From an uncultured Gammaproteobacteria bacterium (GTDB lineage Bacteria; Patescibacteriota; Patescibacteriia; JAHIZJ01): DNA of 64,000 nucleotides. The notes beneath the pieces are model-generated. The model did not search any database. It saw nothing but the letters and a program-made list of their open reading frames with translations, and had not been told where the DNA came from. The translations under genes were made by a program, and so were the position numbers. Positions 55,044 through 64,000 of the stretch are shown piece after piece (position 1 is the stretch's first letter; every line of letters begins with the position of its first letter). The stretch lies in NCBI GenBank assembly GCA_964594455.1, contig CAZQLY010000003.1, positions 37,360 to 101,359 of the forward strand, given 5' to 3'.

Positions 55044-56573
55044 ATGAACACAGAAAAAATAAAAACGTTTTTTAGTAGAAAAAACATTTTACTTATTACA
55101 CTGGTATTGATCATATTCTTTTTGGGAATGCGTTTACCGCTGGATCCTGATTTAGGCTGGCATCTGCGCTCCGGTCAGTATATTTGGGAACATAAGGGCT
55201 TAGCTGAAACCGATCCCTTTTCACACACTTTCCCTGAGTATCCCTGGATTGCGCACGAGTGGTTGGCTGATTTAATTATGTACGGTCTAAATAGTATTGG
55301 ACCGGATTGGGGTATTGTTGCCCTGTCTGTATTTTATGCAGGCATTGCTGCCGCTGGCTTTCTTTTGGCTGGCAAAAGCTTCTCAGCAAGAAAAGAGTAT
55401 CAATACTTAGCTGCTATGTTGGCTTTATTAGTGAGTGTGCCGATTGTCGGCATTCGCCCCCAGGTTATCAGTATGCTGGGTTTGGGTATCACCTTCTTTA
55501 TATTATATAGATTTAGAAATAACGGGCAGTCAAAAGCAATATATTTTTTGCCTCTGGTTTTTGCCCTCTGGGTAAATCTCCACGGTGGTTTTTCTTTTGG
55601 TCTGTTTGCCATCGGCCTATTCTTTTTAGTCGAGCTTTTACGCCTGGCAGTAAAATGGCTCTATCTTAAGATTAGAAAGAAGGAGCTGGCATCTCGAGTA
55701 CTTAAAAAAGCCAGCTTTATTAAGTTGATGATTGTGGGATTAGCCAGTGGTGCGGCTACTCTGATTAATCCTTATGGCTTCAGGCTATACGAAGAAATAT
55801 ACGGCACTTTTGTTAATACTACTGGTTCAGCTTTCATCAAACAAAATATTGCCGAGTGGAATCCAGTCCAGTTCGGGCATCAGATGAGCATCCAATTGAT
55901 GGTATACCTTTCCTTGATAGTACTGTTGCTGCTTTTTTCTTTCAAAAAGATAGATTTCACTCATTTAACAATTTCGGTTGTATTCTTCATCATCGGTATA
56001 TCTAGTTGGCGTCATATGCCTTTATTAATGTTAGCCATTACCCCATTTTGGGTTTCGATTGCCCAGAATTTAACTGGTGATACTTTGGCTAGAATATTAA
56101 GGAAAAAATTCGTACTGCTCCTCTTTGTTATAGCTTTGGTTTTAATAGTCCGCCAGCAAATATCTGGGTTAGTTATTTATGGCTTAGATCCGGCAAAGGC
56201 AGCTGAAAAATCCCAGGCTCCATATCAGGCCATCCAATGGCTGAAGGAGCATCCGCCCAAGGGCAATGTTTTGAATGAATATAATTATGGCGGGTACCAA
56301 ATATGGCATTATCCTGAAAAAAAGGTGTTTATCGATGGCCGCATGGCAATCTGGGAGTATCAGGGTAAAAATGTATATCAGGATTGGATTAAAATCGGCA
56401 AGGTGGAAGAAGGGTATCTGGATTTGATCGATAAATACGACGTGGATTGGGTTTTAGTCAGAAAACGCTTAGCAATTGCGGTTTATCTAGCCAATAATGA
56501 AAATTGGGACCAGATCTATGAAGATGATCTATTTACGGTGATAGTCAGGAAAGGGTCACAGGATGAGAGTTGA
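55044..56573 (+). CDS. polytopic membrane protein, putative GT-C-fold glycosyltransferase (distinct family from the 50-53.6 kb pair)
   Basis: Start taken at MNTEKIKTFF. ..DPDLGWHLRSGQYIWEHKGLAETDPFSHTFPEYPWIAHEWLADLIMYG.. is followed by more than 10 TM helices. Confidence 0.45.
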   Translation: MNTEKIKTFFSRKNILLITLVLIIFFLGMRLPLDPDLGWHLRSGQYIWEHKGLAETDPFSHTFPEYPWIAHEWLADLIMYGLNSIGPDWGIVALSVFYAGIAAAGFLLAGKSFSARKEYQYLAAMLALLVSVPIVGIRPQVISMLGLGITFFILYRFRNNGQSKAIYFLPLVFALWVNLHGGFSFGLFAIGLFFLVELLRLAVKWLYLKIRKKELASRVLKKASFIKLMIVGLASGAATLINPYGFRLYEEIYGTFVNTTGSAFIKQNIAEWNPVQFGHQMSIQLMVYLSLIVLLLLFSFKKIDFTHLTISVVFFIIGISSWRHMPLLMLAITPFWVSIAQNLTGDTLARILRKKFVLLLFVIALVLIVRQQISGLVIYGLDPAKAAEKSQAPYQAIQWLKEHPPKGNVLNEYNYGGYQIWHYPEKKVFIDGRMAIWEYQGKNVYQDWIKIGKVEEGYLDLIDKYDVDWVLVRKRLAIAVYLANNENWDQIYEDDLFTVIVRKGSQDES

Positions 56574-57297
56574 TGAATACCAAACAATGTATGATATGGA
56601 ATCAAAGTACTGGTGGCACAAGGGTCGACAGTATATAATCGGTTATTTGTTGAAAAAACACTTGCCGAAAAGTGATAAAAGTGTTGAGATATTAGACTTA
56701 GGGTGTGGTACAGGCATTAATTTTGATATTCTGCAGAATTTTGGTAAAGTAAAGGGAGTTGATATATCCTCTGAGGCGTTGAATTTCTGTAAAAAGAGAG
56801 GAATAACAGATGTATATAAGGGCGATATCCTTAATCTCAAATTACCCAAAAGTTCTTTTGATGCCGTGACGGCCTTCGATATATTAGAGCATATTAATGA
56901 TGATGAGCGGGCTTTGAAGAATATATATAATGTATTGAAGCCCGGCGGAATAGCTTTTGTACTTTCTCCGGCCTATCAATTCCTCTGGTCAGAGCATGAT
57001 GAGGCCCTGCACCACAAAAGGCGGTACATGCTTTCAGAAATGCATCGTAAGATGACCCGAGCCGGATTTAAAATGAGAAAAAGGAGTTACTGCATCACCT
57101 TCCTCTCGGCACCAATATTTGTTTATCGGCTTTTGGCCAGCTTTCGTTCTAGTAAAAAACCTTCGACTTCTTATGTCATGCTTCCTGGTTGGTTAAATAG
57201 CATCTTTGCGCAACTGTTAAGATTAGAGGGCAAGCTACTTCAGGGCATGAATTTTCCATTTGGTATTTCAATTTTATGTATAGCCGAAAAAAAATGA
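56563..57297 (+). CDS. class I SAM-dependent methyltransferase
   Basis: ..VEILDLGCGTGINFDIL.. (motif I) and ..VLKPGGIAFVLSP.. (motif post-II). Overlaps the upstream gene by 11 nt. Confidence 0.6.
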   Translation: MRVDEYQTMYDMESKYWWHKGRQYIIGYLLKKHLPKSDKSVEILDLGCGTGINFDILQNFGKVKGVDISSEALNFCKKRGITDVYKGDILNLKLPKSSFDAVTAFDILEHINDDERALKNIYNVLKPGGIAFVLSPAYQFLWSEHDEALHHKRRYMLSEMHRKMTRAGFKMRKRSYCITFLSAPIFVYRLLASFRSSKKPSTSYVMLPGWLNSIFAQLLRLEGKLLQGMNFPFGISILCIAEKK

Positions 57298-59012
57298 AGC
57301 AAAAAATATTATTCACTACAGTTTTCTTTACTATCGCTTTGGCTAGTCTGTTTTTTATAAACCACGTGGAAGCGATCGCAGTTGGTTTGCGTGGAATCAG
57401 CCCAGCCAACCCTACTGCTAGCACGGGGCCGGGAGCTTCTTGGTTTATTTATGAATTAGAACCAGGTGAAACTATTGAAGACGCTGCATTGATAACAAAT
57501 CAGTCAGACGAGGATTATAACGTTGAAATTTATGCTGTTGATGCTGAGACGACTACTGATGGCGCCTTTGCTCCACTTAAGAAAAATTATGAACATACCG
57601 ACGTTGGCTCTTGGGTAACTCTTAGCACAGACAAAGTTGTTATTCCGGCCAAGAGCGAAGTCGAGGTACCGTTTACAGTTACAGTTCCGGAAACTGATGT
57701 TGACGTGGGTGAGCATTTTGGCGCTATAGTGATTCAGGAAATCAAGGAAAATGAAACCCAGGGAACGGGCACGGGCGTAGAAATTGTTACTCGAGTCGGT
57801 GTGCGCATGTATGTGACGATACCAGGTGAAATCAGGCGAGGTCTCGATATTGAAGAATTTCGCTATGGACTGATTAGCCGTTTGGTATATCAAAAAGAAA
57901 TCATCCCCTTGGACAGATTCCTTGATTTTTTAGGCTTAAAGCCTTCGGTCAGATTTTTCATGAAATTCCATAATACCGGAAATGTTAGGGTTGAACCATA
58001 TATTACTTTAAAGATAAAGAACCTTTTCGGACGGACCATATATGAGTCAGAGGAGCAGTATGGAGGCATAGTAATGCCGGGTCGGACAAATGAAGTGCCG
58101 CTTAATTGGACGGACCCGCCCTTTATTGGAAAATTCAATGTTGAAGCTACTGTGCGATTTGAAGGCGGAGAGACTCAAACCGTCACAACCACTGTTTGGA
58201 TTATTCCATATCCGTTGATAATATTACTGGCCTTAATCATTGTCTTGATAATAATCGGTCGGCTGTTATTTCACCTGATTGTAGCCAAAGAAAAAGATAA
58301 GATGAAAGTCCATATTGTTCAAGAGGGCGAAACAGTAGAAAAAATTGCTGAAATATACAGTGTTAATTGGAAGTATTTGGTCAGGATCAATAAGCTGAAA
58401 CCGCCCTATCAATTGAAGGTCGGGCAAGAATTATTGATTCCGAAGCAAAATATCTGGATCTCGTTTATCAAGTCATTCTTTAGCAACAAGAAGAACATTA
58501 TAATTCTGGCTATAGTGCTATTAGTGATTGGTGGAGCAATCGGATATTACTATTGGGACAAACACAGAGAGGAAATAAGATTGATGGAAGAAGCGGCTGA
58601 AGCAGACAAGCAAAGACAACAGGATTTAGAAGTTGTTTTAGGCGAAAGGACAGCCACTGATCAGCAGCGCAAGGATGATTTAAAAACAATTCAAGAAGCC
58701 TTAGCCAGGTACTATGAGGCTGAAGAAAGATATCCAATAGCTAATGAGGAAAGAAGTAAAACCACAGATGAAACTAGTATTTTCACTGAATTAGTAGAAA
58801 AAGGACATTTGTCTAAAGTCCCGCTGGACCCCAAACACCCTAACTACTATTATGGATACTTTTCTGATGCCGAGGGTACTGAATACGAACTGACCTGTGT
58901 TTTGGAAAACAAAACGGACGATGAAGGAATCAGAATAGATGATTTCGTATTTTATCGTTTGAGATCGTTAGGTCACTCGGCTGAGGATGAAGATCAGCAA
59001 GAAGCACAATAA
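57276..59012 (+). CDS. cell-surface protein with an N-terminal secreted domain, a TM helix, a LysM domain, a second TM helix and a C-terminal domain
   Basis: Signal peptide. The LysM domain reads KVHIVQEGETVEKIAEIYSVNWKYLVRINKLKPPYQLKVGQELLIPK. Two hydrophobic segments flank it. The true start may be the ATG at 57294. Confidence 0.5.
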   Translation: MYSRKKMKQKILFTTVFFTIALASLFFINHVEAIAVGLRGISPANPTASTGPGASWFIYELEPGETIEDAALITNQSDEDYNVEIYAVDAETTTDGAFAPLKKNYEHTDVGSWVTLSTDKVVIPAKSEVEVPFTVTVPETDVDVGEHFGAIVIQEIKENETQGTGTGVEIVTRVGVRMYVTIPGEIRRGLDIEEFRYGLISRLVYQKEIIPLDRFLDFLGLKPSVRFFMKFHNTGNVRVEPYITLKIKNLFGRTIYESEEQYGGIVMPGRTNEVPLNWTDPPFIGKFNVEATVRFEGGETQTVTTTVWIIPYPLIILLALIIVLIIIGRLLFHLIVAKEKDKMKVHIVQEGETVEKIAEIYSVNWKYLVRINKLKPPYQLKVGQELLIPKQNIWISFIKSFFSNKKNIIILAIVLLVIGGAIGYYYWDKHREEIRLMEEAAEADKQRQQDLEVVLGERTATDQQRKDDLKTIQEALARYYEAEERYPIANEERSKTTDETSIFTELVEKGHLSKVPLDPKHPNYYYGYFSDAEGTEYELTCVLENKTDDEGIRIDDFVFYRLRSLGHSAEDEDQQEAQ

Positions 59013-62000
59013 TAGCAAAAGAATGACCAGGAGGATAAAAACAAAATTCGGAAAATTCTTAGTTTTCCTGTTATTGCTTTTGGTAGTGCCCATGAATAGT
59101 TCAGCGGCATTTTTTGATCTGCTGAAAAAGAATTCAGATATGCTGGCTCGGTCGGATGAAATAAATATTGATTCTGTTTTTCAGTCGGAAGACCAAGCGC
59201 AAGCAGCGGATTATAAACAGCCTGTGACAGGAATTGATGACCAATCAGATGAAATTATTTCAGATGACCCGGGAGAGGAATTTAAAAATCCATTAGACAC
59301 CGAGCTTGATGAGATCGTTAGTGAAACATGCGAGATAGATCGAGCTGAAGGCGGTAAGAAGATAATGCGGTGTTCAAGAAGCAAGAGATTTGCCTGGCTT
59401 GACGGTAGGTGGCAGGACTTTGATCAGCTGATGTCTGAAAATTACGTAGATGGCCAGATGAATTTTTCTTTTCGAGACAAAAGTTTTTCTTTAGCCCCTT
59501 TTATAGTAAAAGACAGACAAAAAATAAATATTAAAAGCATGGGCTCCGCTACCGCAGATCAGATTGATTACCAGACAGAGTTTGACGTCCAGCGAAGGTA
59601 CACCAAGTGGACCAATACTTTCCAGGGCGACAGCTCTATCGGCAGAGCTGGTTATACTATAGAGACGAACTTGCCAGTCAGATTCATTGAAGAAAAGAAC
59701 GAAGGCGCGATAACCCACTTAAGCGCCGTGGTTGATGAATATATTGAAATCAGTTTTGATGATTTGTTAGCCAGCGGATATTCACTTGAACGGACAGACA
59801 ATACAATTTATATCAATGGTATAAGCGGTGGCAAGGTTGAGCTTGATCCGGAACTTTTCTTTTATTCCACGTCCGCCGTTGATGGTGATATATCATATTG
59901 TGACGGCACCCCACTGGTATATAATGTTGGTACTGATGGCACTAGTTCAACTATAGGTCAGACGAAAGCAGTCGTATGCCAGGGAGGCTCTTCAGTAGAT
60001 TATCAATCTTATCTTAGCTTTGATACATCAGGATTGGACGATGATGTTACGATCAGTACGGCCAATCTTTATGTCTATGCCAGCGGATATTCAAAGCACA
60101 AGGACGAAAGCAGCGTTTATGGGGTGGATTATTATATCGGTACTGATCAAATAGGATCAGCACTTACTTCTGCTGATTGGACGTTCGGGTCAATGAATGG
60201 TTCGACCTATGACTGGGCCGAAACTACAGGCTGGAAGAACAAGTCGATTTCATCTCCTGACAGCCATATTTCCAAAACCGGTGATACTGATTTTAACCTG
60301 CGGCCGAACTGGACAGTTGGATCAAATCATTACAAATACGCTTATATGAGGCAGACTGAGTATTCCGGAGTAACCTCTGATCCGTATTTAGAGGTGGTCT
60401 GGGGCGAATATTGGGGGAATGAATTCTTAGTAGAGTCTACAAGTGCTATAGGAAACATGGATGCATCTAATGAAAAAACTGGAATTAAATTCACCGCCCA
60501 ATCTGGAGGTACAGTAAACGATTTTGTGCTTAATGTCTATCAAGCCTCAAGCTCGCCCACCTATCGCTGGGGCATACAATCAGACAATTCAGGAAGTCCT
60601 TCGGGTACTTGGCTGCAGGGGTCTTCAACCAGTTCATATGTCGATTCAACCGGCTCTGCTGGTTGGAATACTATTACCTTTGCCTCTACCGGACGGCCGA
60701 CATTAACCGCTGGCACTGTTTACCACATAGTTGTTCAATATGCTTCCGGTACTATAGGAGCCAGTAATTACATCTCTATAAGGAGGAGTGATCCCAGAAA
60801 TCAAATGTTGCCTTATCGCGGAGCTATTGATACTGCCAGTAATACAGAATTTTATGGCGGGATGGGCTGGACAGCCCAAAACTACCAGCCGATATATATG
60901 ATTGATTACTTTGACGCAGCTTATGCTGATGAGGGTAACCCGTATTACGGGAGTACTAATGCTACCGTATACAAGAGCGGATCAAACTATTATTCCCGGG
61001 GTGAGAAGTTTACCGTATATGAAAACAGCAAAGAAGTTGATTCTGTGGGAATGTATGTGATGAAATCGGGCTCATGTACTCCTTCTGGTGATTTACTTTA
61101 TAAAATAAAAAACAGCAGTGACACTACTCTTGACAGTGGAACGTTGGTGACCGCTGGAAGCGCCAGTACCAGTTGGACCTGGGAAGATGCCAGCTTAGGC
61201 AGTAATGTGGACTTGGACGCTGGTGAAGTATATAAGATATACGTATATACTGAAGCCAGTACAGCATGCTATTACCGTTTGAGCAATTATTATTCCAATA
61301 CCTCATCTCAGTGGTACGCCATCGGATATAACAGCACTGATTCAAGATATGGATATTGTTATAATACTACCTCCAACTGTGATTCTGATTCTAACTGGGC
61401 TTATTATAATTACTATGACACTCCATTTAGATTTAATGTTGTTAAAATATTTTCTGCTCGATCACAAAACTGGCGCATGTACGGGGATGAAGATGATGCT
61501 ACCCCGGGAGATGATTACGCGGCAGAAAATACCAGCCCGCCGGACAATATAGGCAAAAAAGAACCGGTTAAGTTACGTCTTACTATTGCGGACGTAGGCG
61601 ATTTAGATGAAGATAATATCAAATTCGGTTTAAAATATTCTACTAGTTCAACTTTTTCCGATGGAGGTTATGCTTTGGGAACCACCGCTTGTTTAGCTGA
61701 TGCTTGGTGTTATTTTGACGGTGATAATGTGTCTGATGATGATTCGATCGCTTCGCGCGTTTTGAGCGATTCCAGCACTTCCGGCCGTCATAATGAATCA
61801 TTTATCGCTTCATCCACTTTTGATTTTACGGCCAGCGATGAAGTGGAGTTTGAATTTACTTTTTGGGGCAATAATCCGTCCGCCAACACTGCATATTATT
61901 TCGCTGCTTATGACAATGTTAGTGATCAGCTAGTGCCAATTAATCCCTCCGGGGATTATAGTTATCCCTCTTTAACCACTTCGTCGTCTTTTGTTTTGAG

Positions 62001-63477
62001 CGTAGGCGCGCCTAACAGCAAGGAATGTGATGATTATACGATAGGTGGCACCGGATCAAACACCTGTCAGCTCCAGGAGTCAAGCGATGAAGAAATCCAG
62101 ATGTGGGACGATCGGGGCACCGGAGTGGGCTGGTCGGTGACCGCTGTTCTGGAACATTTAAAAGCCGTAACCAACGGCACGCCCTATTCAGATGAAGGAG
62201 CTATAACCATGCCTAAAATACAAAATCAAAAAGTGGCGCGAACAACAGATAATATATTATTTATGACATATAATGATGGTACGAAAGTGCAATTTCAAAA
62301 AAGTTCTGATGGAGGCGCTACCTGGACTGAGGCTATAACCGGTTCTCCCGATACTGTGGGTGATGGTACCAGCGATGTGGGATTATTCATGGATTCCAGT
62401 GAGAATATTCACATTTGTTACGAAGATGATGATGATATTGATTATCGTTTACTGACAAAATCAGGTACCCAATGGACTATAGGTTCAGCCACTGAAGTAG
62501 TCGGTAGTTCAGGCACTAGGAATTATTTTGATTGCTCAATCGCGGTAGAATCAGATGGTGATATTAACGTAGCGGTGGCGGGTGAAATTTTTCTAACTAA
62601 TACACCTGTTATAGATGTTTATAGAGATACCGGTGGAGGCTTCTCTTCTTCCTATGGAGAGCAGACCTCCGTGGATTCACCTACTGTTACTGTTTGGAAC
62701 AGTGATCAAGTAATGCATCTCTGGGTGACGACCACATTTGCCTATAGCATCTATAACGGGTCTAGTTGGTCTGCTCCGGCTAGTATTGATACAGCGACAC
62801 CCTCGAATGAATATTCGGTTATCACTGACGAGGATGATGTTTTGCATCTTGTTTATGAGGATTCAGGTATTCATTATCGCTATAATGATGGTAGCTGGAG
62901 CGGAGAGACTACATTAACCAGCGATAGCAGTGATGGTTATCCCACTATTTCGTCAGATGGAACTAGTTTGTACGTATTCTTTCATGATGATGTTAGCTCG
63001 GATGCTTACCTGTCTTATCTTGAATATGATGGCTCAAGTTGGGATTCGACTCCGGTTCAATTAGATGATGTATTAAATTCTCCTAAGCCGTATACTCCGC
63101 CTCAGATTGCTCGAAATCAATTCTGGGTTGTATATGAATATTTCAATGGTGAAGGTTATGATTCTGAGAGTTGGTATACGCACGATATGATCAGGGCGGA
63201 AGATGTTAATTGGAGTACTGGTACAATCAACGCGCTCTACGGAGCAGAAATAGGAAGTTGTCCTTCGGCTGGTGTTTGTGCCGGAACTTCAGGAGCTATG
63301 GATCCTGAAGTTAGTGTTACAGTAGCAGACGCCGATGCCTGTACAGGCAGTGGATGTCCGGCTGATCCCACATTTGGGATGGGAAAGTACTATGTTGAGC
63401 CGACAATGACTTTAAGTGATTTAAACTTTCGCCGAGTCGGTGAATATCAGGGGACGTTAGAGATAACAATTTCTTGA
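58987..63477 (+). CDS. giant secreted/surface protein (1496 aa) containing BNR/Asp-box repeats (sialidase-like beta-propeller region)
   Basis: Signal peptide (..FLVFLLLLLVVPMNSSAAF). A canonical Asp-box SSDGGATW sits near residue 1090 and the C-terminal region is Ser/Thr/Asp/Tyr-rich. Overlaps the upstream gene by 26 nt. Confidence 0.5.
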   Translation: MKISKKHNNSKRMTRRIKTKFGKFLVFLLLLLVVPMNSSAAFFDLLKKNSDMLARSDEINIDSVFQSEDQAQAADYKQPVTGIDDQSDEIISDDPGEEFKNPLDTELDEIVSETCEIDRAEGGKKIMRCSRSKRFAWLDGRWQDFDQLMSENYVDGQMNFSFRDKSFSLAPFIVKDRQKINIKSMGSATADQIDYQTEFDVQRRYTKWTNTFQGDSSIGRAGYTIETNLPVRFIEEKNEGAITHLSAVVDEYIEISFDDLLASGYSLERTDNTIYINGISGGKVELDPELFFYSTSAVDGDISYCDGTPLVYNVGTDGTSSTIGQTKAVVCQGGSSVDYQSYLSFDTSGLDDDVTISTANLYVYASGYSKHKDESSVYGVDYYIGTDQIGSALTSADWTFGSMNGSTYDWAETTGWKNKSISSPDSHISKTGDTDFNLRPNWTVGSNHYKYAYMRQTEYSGVTSDPYLEVVWGEYWGNEFLVESTSAIGNMDASNEKTGIKFTAQSGGTVNDFVLNVYQASSSPTYRWGIQSDNSGSPSGTWLQGSSTSSYVDSTGSAGWNTITFASTGRPTLTAGTVYHIVVQYASGTIGASNYISIRRSDPRNQMLPYRGAIDTASNTEFYGGMGWTAQNYQPIYMIDYFDAAYADEGNPYYGSTNATVYKSGSNYYSRGEKFTVYENSKEVDSVGMYVMKSGSCTPSGDLLYKIKNSSDTTLDSGTLVTAGSASTSWTWEDASLGSNVDLDAGEVYKIYVYTEASTACYYRLSNYYSNTSSQWYAIGYNSTDSRYGYCYNTTSNCDSDSNWAYYNYYDTPFRFNVVKIFSARSQNWRMYGDEDDATPGDDYAAENTSPPDNIGKKEPVKLRLTIADVGDLDEDNIKFGLKYSTSSTFSDGGYALGTTACLADAWCYFDGDNVSDDDSIASRVLSDSSTSGRHNESFIASSTFDFTASDEVEFEFTFWGNNPSANTAYYFAAYDNVSDQLVPINPSGDYSYPSLTTSSSFVLSVGAPNSKECDDYTIGGTGSNTCQLQESSDEEIQMWDDRGTGVGWSVTAVLEHLKAVTNGTPYSDEGAITMPKIQNQKVARTTDNILFMTYNDGTKVQFQKSSDGGATWTEAITGSPDTVGDGTSDVGLFMDSSENIHICYEDDDDIDYRLLTKSGTQWTIGSATEVVGSSGTRNYFDCSIAVESDGDINVAVAGEIFLTNTPVIDVYRDTGGGFSSSYGEQTSVDSPTVTVWNSDQVMHLWVTTTFAYSIYNGSSWSAPASIDTATPSNEYSVITDEDDVLHLVYEDSGIHYRYNDGSWSGETTLTSDSSDGYPTISSDGTSLYVFFHDDVSSDAYLSYLEYDGSSWDSTPVQLDDVLNSPKPYTPPQIARNQFWVVYEYFNGEGYDSESWYTHDMIRAEDVNWSTGTINALYGAEIGSCPSAGVCAGTSGAMDPEVSVTVADADACTGSGCPADPTFGMGKYYVEPTMTLSDLNFRRVGEYQGTLEITIS

Positions 63478-63625
63478 TTTCTAAATAAAAACGGCCAGAA
63501 CAGGTTTGCTTTTTTATTTTTATTCTGGTATAATTGAGCTACTTTTTGCGTTTTTTGTTTTAATATTAGCTTTTTTCTTCATCAATACGAGTATTTGTAT
63601 ATAGCAACCCACTTCCGCCGCCAGC

Positions 63626-63890
63626 GGGCGGCTAGCTCAGCTGGTTACCTGCCTGCCGGTAGGCGGGGAGCGCTATCCTCATACCTGCCTGCGCGGAGCC
63701 TCACATTAATTATATTATATGGAGCAAAGATGCTTCGGCAAAGGCAGGCCTATCCGCCGCGCTCGTGTAGCTCAGCTGGTTAGAGCGCTATCCTCACACG
63801 ATAGAGGTCCCTGGTTCGAGTCCAGGCACGAGCACCATCGCTCCGACGGGCGGGCGATAGAGGTCACAAGTTCGAATCTTGTGTCGCCCA
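63626..63890 (+). tRNA. split tRNA-like gene (CAT anticodon) carrying a 20-nt hairpin insertion in the D-loop and a ~171-nt insertion at the canonical 37/38 position that contains a complete tRNA-Val gene
   Basis: With the insertions removed the sequence folds as GGGCGGC-TA-GCTC-AGCTGGTTA-GAGC-G-CTATC-CTCATAC-GATAG-AGGTC-ACAAG-TTCGAAT-CTTGT-GTCGCCC-A with perfect stems (one G-U). The inserts are 63648-63667 and 63684-63854, and both start CCTGCC and end GGCGGG. Confidence 0.5.
63761..63837 (+). tRNA. tRNA-Val (CAC), CCA encoded; nested inside the insertion of the split tRNA
   Basis: GCTCGTG-TA-GCTC-AGCTGGTTA-GAGC-G-CTATC-CTCACAC-GATAG-AGGTC-CCTGG-TTCGAGT-CCAGG-CACGAGC-A-CCA. Confidence 0.85.
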
Positions 63891-64000
63891 CTGGCTGCAG
63901 AAGTGGATAGTAATTAACCTTAGATTAATATCTTAAGTAATAAAAAATAATCATGACATTCTTAGACAAAATAAATAAACCCAGACCGGGTTTAAACGTC

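Noticed and set aside
63484-63540. Possible terminator or promoter between the giant protein gene and the split tRNA (gcttttttatttttattctggtataat)
   Set aside because: The T-runs are not preceded by a convincing GC stem. A TTGCTT-N17-TATAAT match exists but is ~90 nt upstream of the tRNA in very AT-rich sequence, so the confidence is too low to call.
63595-63910. ORFs 63595-63783 and 63719-63910
   Set aside because: They lie entirely within the split-tRNA and tRNA-Val region. Their translations are Arg/Ala-rich frames of structured RNA.

Overview
This window reads as a low-GC bacterial chromosome segment with a monoderm / Candidate Phyla Radiation (Patescibacteria)-like character. Many genes are small, often overlap or are translationally coupled, and core genes mostly lack a Shine-Dalgarno sequence while carrying near-consensus sigma70 promoters. 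Recognisable housekeeping genes are secD-secF, lgt, parA-parB, a RelA/SpoT-family gene, the dprA-topA pair, mfd, pth, der, an LCP family gene and a DsbA-like gene. tRNA genes comprise three CAT-anticodon tRNAs (one with initiator features), tRNA-Leu(CAA) and tRNA-Val(CAC). The most unusual content is: (i) a tandem array of at least six very divergent paralogs that keep only a C-terminal PEP-utiliser phosphohistidine 'swivel' domain; (ii) a SecD with an embedded parvulin (PpiC) domain; (iii) a membrane protein plus TraD/VirD4-like ATPase pair with an Arg/Asn-rich tail; (iv) several GC-rich islands that carry perfect TTGACA-N17-TAATAT promoters and AGGAGG ribosome-binding sites; (v) two tRNA genes interrupted by structured insertions bounded by a CCWGCC...GGCKGG terminal helix, one of which carries a complete tRNA-Val gene inside the insertion; and (vi) a surface and glycosylation locus with tandem GT-C-like membrane proteins, tandem small secreted paralogs, a LysM protein and a 1496-aa BNR-repeat giant protein. 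No CRISPR array, rRNA gene or obvious transposase was seen. All calls come from reading the sequence and ORF translations by eye; no searches were run.
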